From Candidatus Melainabacteria bacterium 17Bon1m (GTDB lineage Bacteria; Cyanobacteriota; Vampirovibrionia; Obscuribacterales; Obscuribacteraceae), in assembly GCA_032128875.1 (NCBI GenBank), contig JAVLKG010000001.1, forward strand, positions 921,453 through 985,452: 64,000 bases of DNA. The letters are read 5' to 3'. Within the stretch, counting starts at the first letter, position 1; each line of letters opens with the position of its first letter. Under the pieces are notes generated by a model. That model was not told where the DNA came from. It worked only from the letters and a program-made list of their open reading frames with translations, and made no database searches. Made by a program: the position numbers and the translations under genes. This document shows, piece by piece, positions 1 through 10,318 of this stretch.

Positions 1-77
1 GCTCCCAGCGCTCCCAGCGCTCCCAGCGCTCCCAGCGCTCCCAGCGCTCCCAGCGCTCCCAGCGCTCCCAGCGCTCC
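1..77. repeat. 9-bp tandem repeat (GCTCCCAGC)n, truncated by window start
   Basis: 8 exact copies at 1-72 plus a partial copy; another copy near 101-109. Confidence 0.95.
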
Positions 78-154
78 GCTGCTATTCCGAGGCTGCCAGC
101 GCTCCCAGCGCTTCGCTCCTACACCGCCCCTCTCCATTTAAGGTGAGAACGTCG

Positions 155-1777
155 ATGTTCAATTCCATCAAGACGAAGTTGTTTGTTATTGCTGTTTGCC
201 TGGCCGCCTCTTCTGCTGCGGCAGCAGAGGAGCAAGCCAACGGTTCATATCAAGGTATAAGTTCTCACCAGCGCGGAAGTTCTCACCCAAGCAGCAGTTC
301 TTACCAGGGAAGAGATTCCTATCAGAACAGAATGGTCAACGCCCCTTCTTTCTCAGAGCAGCAAAAGGAGTTTTTCAATTTTGCAAAACACACGGGACGG
401 GAAGAACGTGCCGAAGCTCTAGAGACTGAGCCCGGGACAGGCAAGACTGCACAGTATGAATCTACTCGTCATTTTGGCAAGATTGAAACACCCGAGTCGC
501 GCAAACTCTTTCCGATAAGAGAGAACACGCCACAAACGAATGCGAAGAAGCCACTCAATAATCAGCCGGTTCCGCACCCGTTTATCCAAAAGCTGTTCAC
601 TGAGTATTCGAATCCGATGCTCAATCACTTTGGTCCGCCACGTTACTCTGTTCCCTTCAGAGTAACACCAGCGCACAATCCAGAACCGCGCGATCTGAAT
701 CCTGCCGCATTCGCTGACCGCCCCTACATGACTGGTGCCCCGCCCAGCGATCTCGTTGGCCACGCTAGTACTCTGGCTGGTGCGCATCGCACTGCAGAAG
801 GCTTGTTGAGTCCTTCTTACCAAACTGCGCAAGCGAAGTTGCAAGCGAAAATGCAGACCATTGCCGAGGGAACTGGCGATGCTGCAGCGCAATGTTTCGA
901 ATGTGCATTGAGTACTTGCAGTGATGTTTTGATTAACGTCGCCAACGAATCTGCCAGTCAGCCACCATCGGCGAGTGGTGAGAAAACGCTGCCCCAAGTT
1001 GCATGGATTGTTCAAAAACTCTACAAGAACGTCTACTTGCCTATGGCGCTGCTCTTCCTGCTGCCGGGCGCGCTTTTGACGCAGATCAAGTCGTTCGTCG
1101 CTATCTATTACAAGTCCGAGCAAGACGAGGATTTGAATAACCCTTTGACTGGCATTCTGCGCGGTGCTGTCGCGATTACTTTGATTCCCGCCGTTCAACT
1201 CGCTGTCAGTTACTCGATTGACGTCGGAAATTCAATGACGCATGAAGTGGAGAAATTGCTGCACACGCAGGAGGTCATCTCCTGGGGACAGAAGCAAACA
1301 ACCGACTCTTACAATGGCAATTCCGCTCAACGTGCCGAGAAGTTGCAATCACAATCAACTTCTGATGCCCTGCGAGAAACTTTGTTCAATGGCCTCGACT
1401 TTTTGCTGGATCACGCTTTTGTTGTACTGCTAGCTTTTCAAACAGTTCTCGTCTGCTATCTGTTTTTGCTCGGACCTATAGCAGCAGCCTTCCTCGCGTG
1501 GCCGGGCAGTATTGGAAAGTTGTTCGCGCCGATTTTTGGAAATTGGATGAATGCACTTTTGCTTTTGACTCTCTGGCGTTTTTGGTGGTGCGCGATTGTT
1601 CTGTGCATGGCTACGCGCTTGTCGTGGATGAGTCAGTCCGGTCAGAGTGGTGGCGAGTGGGAGGATCTGATTTACACCGCCTTTCTAGTGATGCTTGTCT
1701 ATGTTCCTTTTGCCCCTTTTGATTTTCGCCCCGGCGATATGGTCGATCAGTTGTTGCAGAAAGCGCGCGTCAAATAA
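155..1777 (+). CDS. Signal-peptide membrane protein with C-terminal VirB6/TrbL-like polytopic domain
   Basis: ORF 143-1777, ATG 155 precedes a signal peptide; several TM segments; YLFLLGPIAAAFLAWP..F.NW resembles the VirB6/TrbL motif; paralog of next gene. Confidence 0.55.
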   Translation: MFNSIKTKLFVIAVCLAASSAAAAEEQANGSYQGISSHQRGSSHPSSSSYQGRDSYQNRMVNAPSFSEQQKEFFNFAKHTGREERAEALETEPGTGKTAQYESTRHFGKIETPESRKLFPIRENTPQTNAKKPLNNQPVPHPFIQKLFTEYSNPMLNHFGPPRYSVPFRVTPAHNPEPRDLNPAAFADRPYMTGAPPSDLVGHASTLAGAHRTAEGLLSPSYQTAQAKLQAKMQTIAEGTGDAAAQCFECALSTCSDVLINVANESASQPPSASGEKTLPQVAWIVQKLYKNVYLPMALLFLLPGALLTQIKSFVAIYYKSEQDEDLNNPLTGILRGAVAITLIPAVQLAVSYSIDVGNSMTHEVEKLLHTQEVISWGQKQTTDSYNGNSAQRAEKLQSQSTSDALRETLFNGLDFLLDHAFVVLLAFQTVLVCYLFLLGPIAAAFLAWPGSIGKLFAPIFGNWMNALLLLTLWRFWWCAIVLCMATRLSWMSQSGQSGGEWEDLIYTAFLVMLVYVPFAPFDFRPGDMVDQLLQKARVK

Positions 1778-1823
1778 CGACGTCCCAGCAGCACTTCGTC
1801 ACGTTGTTTCCCCTGAGGTTCTA

Positions 1824-4127
1824 ATGAATAAACGTTTGAGCATTGTCTGTCTATCGCTGTTTTTTGCAGCTTTGCCCGCATTTGCTGATTCTCGCAAATC
1901 GTTGTATGAGGAAAACGTTTTTAGACCGGTTGTTGGAGCGTCGAGTGGCAACAAGAATGTGGCGCAAACACCCAACTCTTTCGCATCGAGTGGTGGCAGC
2001 AAATCAGTAGCAAGCACTCCGACAGCATTCGCCTCGAGCGGTAGTGGAACGCAAGTGGCGAGCACTCCGACGGCGTTCGCTTCAAGTGGCGGCGGAACAC
2101 AAGTTGCTAGTACTCCCACGGCATTCGCATCGAGCGGCGGTGGCTCGTCTGCAGAGACTCGTCCCCTTTCAAGTCTGGTGAAAAAAGATCAGCAGCGAGG
2201 TCGTAGTTCGCTCAATGAGATGGCGAAGGAGTTTCTTCTGAAAAACCCCGAAGTCAAATACCTCGGCAAACCGGAATGGGGCGGTAGCGACATTCGCGAC
2301 AAAGATGGCCGCCCTATTCAAGGTTATGTTAACCCCGCACGAGTCAAAGGCGCGTCGCCCCTGGGCACTGTTTTTCCACCGACGCCTGCCAACGCGATGG
2401 GTTGGCAAACCGAAAGCAAAGTAACCGAAGGTATGTACTATCAAATGCTGTCCGGACTCGACGGATTTAATGGCTGGCAAAATTCCGATTTGAAGGAGTT
2501 TTCCCAAAAAATCCAGTCCGGAAATTTGATGGCGAAGACTGTGCAGTATCCGCTGAATGCGGCTGATGAAGCGCGTGCTGATTTCACTGCTCAAATGACT
2601 GCGTTGGGCAATGCTGCCGGCGACGTCGCGAAAGAACAAGCTGCAAGCGCCATCGAATACTGTGCCAAGTACATGGAGAATTTCACTGCTCAGCCTGGAA
2701 GTAAATGGAATCAGATTCGCGATTCGCTCTTCGTCCCGATTGGTTTGCTCCTTTTACTGCCCGGCGCAATACTCTCTCAAATTCGTGCAATGGTCGGGCT
2801 CAACGTGCCGCTGTCGCTGACTCAGACAAATCCGTTTGATGGTTTGCTTCGCTCTGTGATTGCGATTTTCTTGATACCTGCCACATACCTTGTCGTCAAT
2901 TATGCGATTGATTTTTCAAACAGCATCACTTTCACTCTTGCATCGGAATATGTGCGCATCACGTCTTCCGACATGTATCAGGATGCTGTGTGCTCGGAAA
3001 TTCGCGCTTTTCCTGTGCGCGGACCAAAGGAAAATCAGAATGCTGGTGTTGCACAAACCTGGCCACAAGTGGAGACGACTTCAATTCCACGGCTGGAGAA
3101 AAACCTATACCAGAGCAAGACAGACGATCCTTGCTCGGGCACTTATAGTGCACCTGAAAGCAGAACTGATGAGGGCATGCCGCTAGCATCTGTCTTTGGT
3201 CGCTTGTTGGCTTTCGGTGGAAATGCGTTACTCACATCGGCATGGAATGTCCTTTGCGCTTTCCAGATGGCGTATATGCTGTACCTCTTCTGGGTCGGAC
3301 CCGTTGTGGCTGGATTGTGGGTTTGGCCTGTGAAACAGTTTAGAGATGCGTTGCCCAACTGGGTTGAAGGCGTGATTACCTTGGCATTTTGGAGTCTCTT
3401 TTGGAACACGGCAATTTTGCTCATGGCATGCTTCAAGGGCATGGCTGACACTGGCACCGTATATGAAACCGCCCTCAATTTTCTTGCCACCGGTTGCGTC
3501 AAGTATGCCTTTGACTTCGTTGGTCTTATCAAGGCAGCTGGTCAAGAGGCTTCGAAGGCGACCGGTGTCGCTGGAAGCAGTGGACGCCCTGGCGAAGGCG
3601 AGGACTCGGCGCCTGCTGCGGCGCGCAGCGCCGGCGCAAGTCCGTCTCGTGCACCAATTACCTCCAGTACACCGAGCGCATCACCTGCTCCGATTTCTGC
3701 ATCGATTAATGATTCCGAGCCGATCATTGGCGAAGTCGGTTTGCCACTAAGCAGCCCGACGACAAATGTGCAGACGCCTCGCAAGCGCTCCTCTGTAGTA
3801 ATCAGCCCCGTCTTTGCGCCGGAGGAAAATCCCTGGTCTGAGCCAACAAAACCTAGCGGAGCCGAGATGGTGGATTTCAGACCAGAGGCTTTGCCTCCAA
3901 GTGTCACCAATGAAATGCTTGAACCGGAAAATTCTCAACCTTCTGTGACGGTTCCGGACTGGATTTCCGTCAACAATTCACCCGTCAGCGACTTTTATGT
4001 TTCACCACCACCAAGTGAAATTCCCTTCGGGCAAGCTATCTACCGGCAGCCCTCTGAGAGCGATATCTGGTTGGATTCGATGAGCGAATTGAGCAATTAC
4101 GAGCCAGAGAGATTGGCAGCGCTATAA
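1824..4127 (+). CDS. Second VirB6/TrbL-like membrane protein with N-terminal 16-aa repeats and Pro/Ser-rich tail
   Basis: Start MNKRLSIVCLSLFFAALPAFA (signal peptide); shares LLLPGA.L.QI, NP..G.LR, AI.LIPA, AFQ...YLF..GP motifs with upstream gene. Confidence 0.55.
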   Translation: MNKRLSIVCLSLFFAALPAFADSRKSLYEENVFRPVVGASSGNKNVAQTPNSFASSGGSKSVASTPTAFASSGSGTQVASTPTAFASSGGGTQVASTPTAFASSGGGSSAETRPLSSLVKKDQQRGRSSLNEMAKEFLLKNPEVKYLGKPEWGGSDIRDKDGRPIQGYVNPARVKGASPLGTVFPPTPANAMGWQTESKVTEGMYYQMLSGLDGFNGWQNSDLKEFSQKIQSGNLMAKTVQYPLNAADEARADFTAQMTALGNAAGDVAKEQAASAIEYCAKYMENFTAQPGSKWNQIRDSLFVPIGLLLLLPGAILSQIRAMVGLNVPLSLTQTNPFDGLLRSVIAIFLIPATYLVVNYAIDFSNSITFTLASEYVRITSSDMYQDAVCSEIRAFPVRGPKENQNAGVAQTWPQVETTSIPRLEKNLYQSKTDDPCSGTYSAPESRTDEGMPLASVFGRLLAFGGNALLTSAWNVLCAFQMAYMLYLFWVGPVVAGLWVWPVKQFRDALPNWVEGVITLAFWSLFWNTAILLMACFKGMADTGTVYETALNFLATGCVKYAFDFVGLIKAAGQEASKATGVAGSSGRPGEGEDSAPAAARSAGASPSRAPITSSTPSASPAPISASINDSEPIIGEVGLPLSSPTTNVQTPRKRSSVVISPVFAPEENPWSEPTKPSGAEMVDFRPEALPPSVTNEMLEPENSQPSVTVPDWISVNNSPVSDFYVSPPPSEIPFGQAIYRQPSESDIWLDSMSELSNYEPERLAAL
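1959..2150 (+). repeat. 4 x 48-bp coding repeat (VASTPTAFASSGGGTQ-like)
   Basis: Four 16-aa units with many synonymous codon differences. Confidence 0.9.
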
Positions 4128-4134
4128 TTCTTGA

Positions 4135-7100
4135 ATGCCGATTCGCCGAAAGCTTTCAATCTGCCTCTTGCTAAGCATTTTCATGCACGGCTGCGGATTT
4201 GGAAATGCACCAAATACTTCGACGACAAGCCAGACTAGAAGCCCGCAGCCGGCACAAGATACAAACTCTGGTCTATCTCCAATGGCGATGATGCTTCAGC
4301 GACGCTTGAAGCAGTCCTCCAAAGTGGATTCCATGTCCATAAACGAGAGTTTGCAAGAATTGCGATCGATGTCGGCGATTTCTCCTGATAGGCGATTTCT
4401 GAATGCCGTATCGCTCATTCACCAGCTTGCCACCGGGAGTGAGCCAGATGTTCTCGATGTTCAGTTCAAGACTAAGACTTGGAAGGTTGTTTACCAAAAC
4501 CAACCAGTAGGAGATTTGCACGAGCTTCCCACTTTCGAGGAATTGCATAAGTTACTTCTGAATTGGGCGAGCAAGAACAAAAAAACAATTGCAAAGACTG
4601 GCACTATTGACTCTGAACTCGCACGCGTAAAAGACCAAATTGAAACCTCATCTCCCGAGTCTTTGTTTGCTGCTCTGAGCAAACTCGATGAATTGCAGTC
4701 GCGCGGCGAAACGAGTTTGCTCTTGCTCAAATTAAAGACGCGAGCGTTGGCTATTCTCGCGTGGGAAATGCTGGACAACCTGGAAATAGGCGATGAGATC
4801 TTTTCCACAGCGTTAGCTCATCTGGTGTTTGTTGAATCTGCCTATCCTGACGATGTCGCTGAAGAAAAGGCGCTGCTTGCGGATGCTTTGGGTTATGAGG
4901 GAGACGCAAAACGTCTGGCCAAAACTCTTCCTGCGGAAAGCGCTCTTGCCTGTTATTTAAACAACCAAAACGAAAAACTGCGTCAAATAGCTCAGCGTGA
5001 AACGAAAAGCTGTTTCCCAAATTTGCTGTACTTTCGCTCGACGTGCTTAAATCGCGATAAGTCGCGTTGGCGCGAATGGCTGGCTGAAAATTCTGGGTTT
5101 ACCAGTACTAACAGTTTGCCACCTCTTAAATGCACTTACGCGATCGGCGATGAAGCAATAATGATGCCGATTGCGATTCGAATTCTGGGCGATGTAAAGC
5201 TTGCCAGCGAGGGAATAACTTCGGAATTTTCGCTGGGTACTGGCGATTTAGAGTGGCGAAATCTGGCGTTGCGTTTGCCCACTGTTGCCTCCACTCTCAG
5301 CCCTAATCTGCTTGCCGATTTTGAGAAGGGTCTTGCTGGCAGGAAGGAGAAGGGATTAAGTGACTTCGCTGTGCGGTTACGAAGTGCTTTCTATCGCGCG
5401 TATTTCTTTTCTGCAATGGACATCGTCGCCAGGACGACCTTGGCACTTCCGTCTGCGAAGGTTTTCTCTGAGCGCCTGTCAGCGTGTCTGGAATATCAGG
5501 GTAGTGGTCCGTCAGCACAATTAGGTCCTTGGGTGCTTGCTTTGTCATCACCAAATGGCGGCGCAGATGAGGCGATTGAATCGGCGTTTTTAAACCTTAA
5601 TCACTTAGGACCGTCGGCAATGCTTGCTTTGTTGCCGCAGGCAAAAGTCAGCTTGCCCGCTTCAAAGAAATGGTCGAATATTCGAGATCTGTTTTTCGTT
5701 CGCATCGATAGTCGGCCAGAAGTCCGCTTGCATGCAGCGGATTTTGCTGAATTGCCTTTTCTTGATTTGACCGCACACAAGGCACTCGTTGCTAGTGCGC
5801 TTAGAGATGGTGCTGGCGATTCCCTTCAATCTAAGCTCGTGCTTAATCATATGCTTGGGCGCAAACCTGAGATCATGAAACTTTTCAACAACGCTTCGTT
5901 GACTCAGAGGGAAAAGCTGGAGCTGATTTCAATTGTGCGATTAGTCGACAGGGACAGTGTCAAAGATGCTAATCAGATGTATGGAAAGCTGCTTCGCGAA
6001 AATCCGACCTCGTGGGAAGTTGAGAAGTCGTTTATTGAGTTTGTCGCTGATCGCGATAAGAAAGCAGCCATCAGTGAACTGCGCAAATGGAAAGCACGCG
6101 TAACCATTACCAAAAAAGACGGTGCAAAGGTTACACGCGATGCGCTTGCGTTGGACCAGAAGCTGCTTTTGGCTCAATTGCTTTATGAAACGGGCGACAT
6201 AGCAGGTTTGAAGAACGAACTGAAGAGCCTCAAATCCAACTCTTCTCAAAACTATTTGAAGTTGCTTGCATTGAGCGAATTGTCTTCCGGCAATTACGGA
6301 AGTGCGAAAGCCTGGGCTGAAGAGCTGCGTCGCTCCTTTCCCAGAAGTCTTGACTCCATGCTTGTTGAGCTGGAAATCTGTTTGAAGCAAAAGCAGTTTT
6401 TACCGGCTGCAAATCTTCTTCGAGCCGCAATTCCAGCGCCGAGAATTATTTGGAAGGAGAAAATCGGGACGCTCGTGATCTCTAAGCTATCCAATCCTCA
6501 AGATGTTGGTGCTTTTGTAGGCGCACTAGATTCAGTGCAAATTAATTCGGACGATAATCTCGGGCAGATAGCTGCGGCGGCATACAGTGCGGATAAAGCT
6601 GAACTGGCCTTTCAGATTCTTTCCACCGTAAAAACGAATCCGGATGCCATCTACGACATGCTCACATGCCAGTACAGGTATTTAAAGCGCGCAAAAGGGA
6701 AACAGAAAGCTCTGGCGTGGCTGAAAGAACAAATACCGGAAGATAAGCGTGCGGCGGTGGCACCATATGCTTTTTTCAGTGGTCAGGACGAACTTCTCTT
6801 TGAGTTTGCTCCTGCTGAAGACCCGCTTGCTGGTGGCGAGGAAGTCTGGCTTTTACGCGCTGCTTCTGGAGTTTTAAATCCAATTCCTGCAAATTGGCAG
6901 TCGATGGTAAATGCCCATTTTGATGGCAGCAAAGATTTCGACGGCAAACTAGGTTTGTATTTGCTCGGTAAGTTAAATGCCCAGCAATTGTCGACGCTTC
7001 CTCTGACTGCAGCGCAGCGTGCGAAGGCATCATTTTATTTGGCATGGAAACAAATGGCAGAGCCCGGGAATTTCTTGGCTGATACGGAACTTTTGCTTGT

Positions 7101-7293
7101 GTGTCTCGCCACAAATCAGTACGCGCTAAGTGAGTATCAATGGTCGAAAGTGTGGTTGCGTGACATTGCAGCCTCGCTCGCCGGACAGCCTATGATTTAC
7201 AGCGAAGGAGCACTTTCTCGATTGCGTGTCGTTAGTCCGTCACAGCAAGGCGACTGGTCGCAGCAGCGTCGATTCCAATTGTCGAACCGATAG
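4135..7293 (+). CDS. Large putative lipoprotein, helical/TPR-like, unknown function
   Basis: 1052-aa ORF; basic N-terminus, hydrophobic stretch and MHGC lipobox-like motif; 7 bp after previous stop. Confidence 0.65.
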   Translation: MPIRRKLSICLLLSIFMHGCGFGNAPNTSTTSQTRSPQPAQDTNSGLSPMAMMLQRRLKQSSKVDSMSINESLQELRSMSAISPDRRFLNAVSLIHQLATGSEPDVLDVQFKTKTWKVVYQNQPVGDLHELPTFEELHKLLLNWASKNKKTIAKTGTIDSELARVKDQIETSSPESLFAALSKLDELQSRGETSLLLLKLKTRALAILAWEMLDNLEIGDEIFSTALAHLVFVESAYPDDVAEEKALLADALGYEGDAKRLAKTLPAESALACYLNNQNEKLRQIAQRETKSCFPNLLYFRSTCLNRDKSRWREWLAENSGFTSTNSLPPLKCTYAIGDEAIMMPIAIRILGDVKLASEGITSEFSLGTGDLEWRNLALRLPTVASTLSPNLLADFEKGLAGRKEKGLSDFAVRLRSAFYRAYFFSAMDIVARTTLALPSAKVFSERLSACLEYQGSGPSAQLGPWVLALSSPNGGADEAIESAFLNLNHLGPSAMLALLPQAKVSLPASKKWSNIRDLFFVRIDSRPEVRLHAADFAELPFLDLTAHKALVASALRDGAGDSLQSKLVLNHMLGRKPEIMKLFNNASLTQREKLELISIVRLVDRDSVKDANQMYGKLLRENPTSWEVEKSFIEFVADRDKKAAISELRKWKARVTITKKDGAKVTRDALALDQKLLLAQLLYETGDIAGLKNELKSLKSNSSQNYLKLLALSELSSGNYGSAKAWAEELRRSFPRSLDSMLVELEICLKQKQFLPAANLLRAAIPAPRIIWKEKIGTLVISKLSNPQDVGAFVGALDSVQINSDDNLGQIAAAAYSADKAELAFQILSTVKTNPDAIYDMLTCQYRYLKRAKGKQKALAWLKEQIPEDKRAAVAPYAFFSGQDELLFEFAPAEDPLAGGEEVWLLRAASGVLNPIPANWQSMVNAHFDGSKDFDGKLGLYLLGKLNAQQLSTLPLTAAQRAKASFYLAWKQMAEPGNFLADTELLLVCLATNQYALSEYQWSKVWLRDIAASLAGQPMIYSEGALSRLRVVSPSQQGDWSQQRRFQLSNR

Positions 7294-7299
7294 ATGCCT

Positions 7300-9627
7300 T
7301 CAATTCGGCTCGCAGAATTGTCCGCCGCCACTGCAAGAGTTTCCAAAATTCAGTTCTCCCAGTAAGTGATTGAATCCGCTCGAAGGAATGAATACCGCAC
7401 TATCTGTGCAAGTTGCTTCCGGCGAATGTCGCCATGCCCAGCCAGGATAATGGCCGTCTGTATTGGGATCTGTTCTTGGATTCGCAGGTAGTTTTTTGAT
7501 CGGGCCGTTTGGCGGTTCGGAAGAACAATTGACTAGTGTTCCAATTACATTGTATGGTGCTCCGCAGTTCAGCGTGGTTGTGCTTCCTTGCCCATCGGCA
7601 GCGGTATTTTGCACTGTCCATCGTGGCGGGCTAGTGGACATCTTAAAATCTCCACCATCGGCGTACAGATAGAGAGAAGTTTGCATCGGCAAGGTTTGCG
7701 ACTTCAGTAAATTCAAAACTTGATCTCTAGTTGTTCCAGGCTTGATTAGCTGGCAGCGTTTTACAAGCTTATCCGTGACAGTGCCCAAGCCACAAGCTTT
7801 GCTGTCCGGGATGCTGTCAATCATTTGGAGATAGTCATAAGGAGTTTTGACTTGACCGAAATTCCAATTATTTTCAGGTGATGCGTACTTCTTAGTATGG
7901 TCGAAATATTTGATACCACTCTTGGTGGCGGGAGCGGGAACATACGCACAATTGACGCAACCATATCTGGTTGTAAGGACATTCGCTTTGAACTGCTCGA
8001 GGCTTGTGAAACCATTATTGCCTGTATGACCTGAATCTGTGCTGCCATACTGATCGTAGCCTTTTTTGAACGCGTCAAGCATCAGCAGTTCTGGATCGTC
8101 GCTTCTCAAATCTTGTTTGTAGTTGTGCCAGAAAATAAGTTTGTTGGTGTTGCGATCTATCTGCAGAAGCGCGCGCGGACCATTAAGTTCCGAACCATCT
8201 CTATGTCGAATGACCTTCAGCGACTTAGATCTGTCAGGAATGTTCAAACGCCAGAGAAGTGCCTTAATTAGTTCATTCTTGATGCGATTGTAGATGAACC
8301 ATTGGTCTACGTAATTATTCTTCTTAAGAATCTGAGTAGCTTCTCGGTCAAGAGTGTGATACCAATGACCACGATCGCCATCTGTTAAATTGCCGACCCC
8401 GTCTTTTGCCTCGCGTATAACACGATCTACTTCAGATGATGTGAAGAGCGATTCGTCATTGGTTTTATCGAGTTCGCGCTTCAAATCTGCATCTGACATG
8501 CCTGGATTTACATCGAGTGATTTGGTCGATTCTGTTTCATTGCCAGTGCAAAAATAATCGCGTGGTTGCGTGCCGGTGATATAGATACCTTCTCCTGCAA
8601 GTGCATGGCAAAAGATGTCCTTCCCTTGCATTGCCATGCCTTGTGGTTCCGAGGCACGTGGACCATTTTTGATTTCAATGTATCCGTAAGGCATTCCAAG
8701 GCTAGAGCCTTTGTCCAGCGAGCCAACGATGGCACAAGCGACTGCACCAGCAAGTTTTCGCGTTTGGTTGTCTTGCGTTTGTCCTTGCGATTGAAAAGCA
8801 TTTGGCGGCAATGTATTTTGCGGATATGGCGGATTGCCTTGACCAACTGCCACATCATCTTTCTTGTTGTTTTCAAAGGTGAGCGTTTCTACGAGGTGAG
8901 TTCGATCTTTTGGACCGAGCGGTACACCCACGAATGTGAGGGTCTCGCCCGAAACCGGAAGAAAGACAGAAATTGGTTTGTAACCCGCAAAATATTTCTT
9001 CTTGCCTGAAGCACCAGCTGAGACTTCTACCTGTGGAAAGTCCTTTTCTATGTCTGCTGCTTTCAAAACTGTTTCGTCTAAATCAATGTTGGTTGCAGAA
9101 CCACGCTTCATATAACTAACGCCATAGTTAGCCAGACTTATGCGATTTTTGCCGAGCATTTTTGTGTTGTTGGCGTCAGCAAGAAGCTGAAAATGTTTTT
9201 CCATATATTGTTTGTCGGTCAAATTCTTTTGCAAAAACTGACCTACTTCGTTCAGCGCGTTAAAAAGCCTGCGCGCATTTTTTGCAGCGTCTGACGTGTT
9301 TTCTTCTCTCGCCAGCAATGCGACCATTGCTGAGTGCGCCACCAATTGGTTGTAGTTTAGAAGATTGATGTTGTCTGGGTTGCCCAGAATGACAGCAAAG
9401 TTGCTGGCTATGTCTGGATTTTCAAAACTCAGTGCGCTTTTGCTTGGATTGGTCAGCGCATTTTTGGCAAGATTTACGGAGCCGGCGTCGGTTGCATTGG
9501 CGAGTTCTCTACCGCCCCCGAGCATTTTAGTGAAGAGAAAGAATGCGATGCCCAATAGTGCGATCACCAAAACAATGACCGCGATAAACATGAGGACTGC
9601 GCCTCGTTTTCGTCTGTACAAAGGCAT
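7300..9627 (-). CDS. Tad/Flp pilus-associated (TadG-like) protein with prepilin-type N-terminus
   Basis: RRKRG|AVLMFIAVIVLVIALLG class III-like signal, then ELANATDAG motif typical of TadG-like proteins; Cys-rich C-terminus. Confidence 0.55.
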   Translation of the reverse strand: MPLYRRKRGAVLMFIAVIVLVIALLGIAFFLFTKMLGGGRELANATDAGSVNLAKNALTNPSKSALSFENPDIASNFAVILGNPDNINLLNYNQLVAHSAMVALLAREENTSDAAKNARRLFNALNEVGQFLQKNLTDKQYMEKHFQLLADANNTKMLGKNRISLANYGVSYMKRGSATNIDLDETVLKAADIEKDFPQVEVSAGASGKKKYFAGYKPISVFLPVSGETLTFVGVPLGPKDRTHLVETLTFENNKKDDVAVGQGNPPYPQNTLPPNAFQSQGQTQDNQTRKLAGAVACAIVGSLDKGSSLGMPYGYIEIKNGPRASEPQGMAMQGKDIFCHALAGEGIYITGTQPRDYFCTGNETESTKSLDVNPGMSDADLKRELDKTNDESLFTSSEVDRVIREAKDGVGNLTDGDRGHWYHTLDREATQILKKNNYVDQWFIYNRIKNELIKALLWRLNIPDRSKSLKVIRHRDGSELNGPRALLQIDRNTNKLIFWHNYKQDLRSDDPELLMLDAFKKGYDQYGSTDSGHTGNNGFTSLEQFKANVLTTRYGCVNCAYVPAPATKSGIKYFDHTKKYASPENNWNFGQVKTPYDYLQMIDSIPDSKACGLGTVTDKLVKRCQLIKPGTTRDQVLNLLKSQTLPMQTSLYLYADGGDFKMSTSPPRWTVQNTAADGQGSTTTLNCGAPYNVIGTLVNCSSEPPNGPIKKLPANPRTDPNTDGHYPGWAWRHSPEATCTDSAVFIPSSGFNHLLGELNFGNSCSGGGQFCEPN

Positions 9628-9897
9628 GTTCGCGTTTTTTCAAAAGGACGGAAGGACCAAACGGTGGGGCGAAGAATGAAATTAACTCGATTTAATCAAT
9701 TTTAGACTACATCTATATCATTGTCAATTTTGGGGCGTTCGCCAAGCCAAAACCGCACAATTGAACAGTTGAAATTGCGTTGTTTGCTTCCGTCTTCTCA
9801 ACTCCAACCCGTTATTCATTTACGTCATCGTTACCGCGAAAAACTACCTTGTTTTTGCAGTGTGAAAGCTGCTCAATTCAACGATTCTCTGTCTCAG

Positions 9898-10290
9898 ATG
9901 CAGATAAAAATGATCGACTGGCTCGGAACTCGCTACGATCAGGTTCGCCTGCTCGGGCCCACCGATATGGGTGCAGATAACTTGGAGATTAGTGTTTCTG
10001 ATCTCGATGAAGTCAATAAAGTCGCCATGGACGGATACGACTTGAAAAACTTCATCTCAACTACGTTCCAAAATCTGGGCGAGATTCCGAACGGCTTTTT
10101 TATAGCATCAGCAGCTCAAGTTGGAATCGGAACCCTCTTTAAAGTTCCATTCCTTGTGCAAATGGGAACAGCTGGACTAACATTGAGTACCGGAGCAGCT
10201 GGCGTTAAATCGTTGATGGATTCTGCAGAGAATAAAGCTATGCAGAGTGAGCTGGAGTCGATATTGATCGACGATTCTCCTCTGTCCTAG
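9898..10290 (+). CDS. Hypothetical protein (start uncertain)
   Basis: ORF 9721-10290, plausible ATG at 9898; Gly/Ala-rich hydrophobic C-terminal region. Confidence 0.4.
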   Translation: MQIKMIDWLGTRYDQVRLLGPTDMGADNLEISVSDLDEVNKVAMDGYDLKNFISTTFQNLGEIPNGFFIASAAQVGIGTLFKVPFLVQMGTAGLTLSTGAAGVKSLMDSAENKAMQSELESILIDDSPLS

Positions 10291-10318
10291 TTTTACAGTC
10301 TTGCTCGAAGTTAGACCC

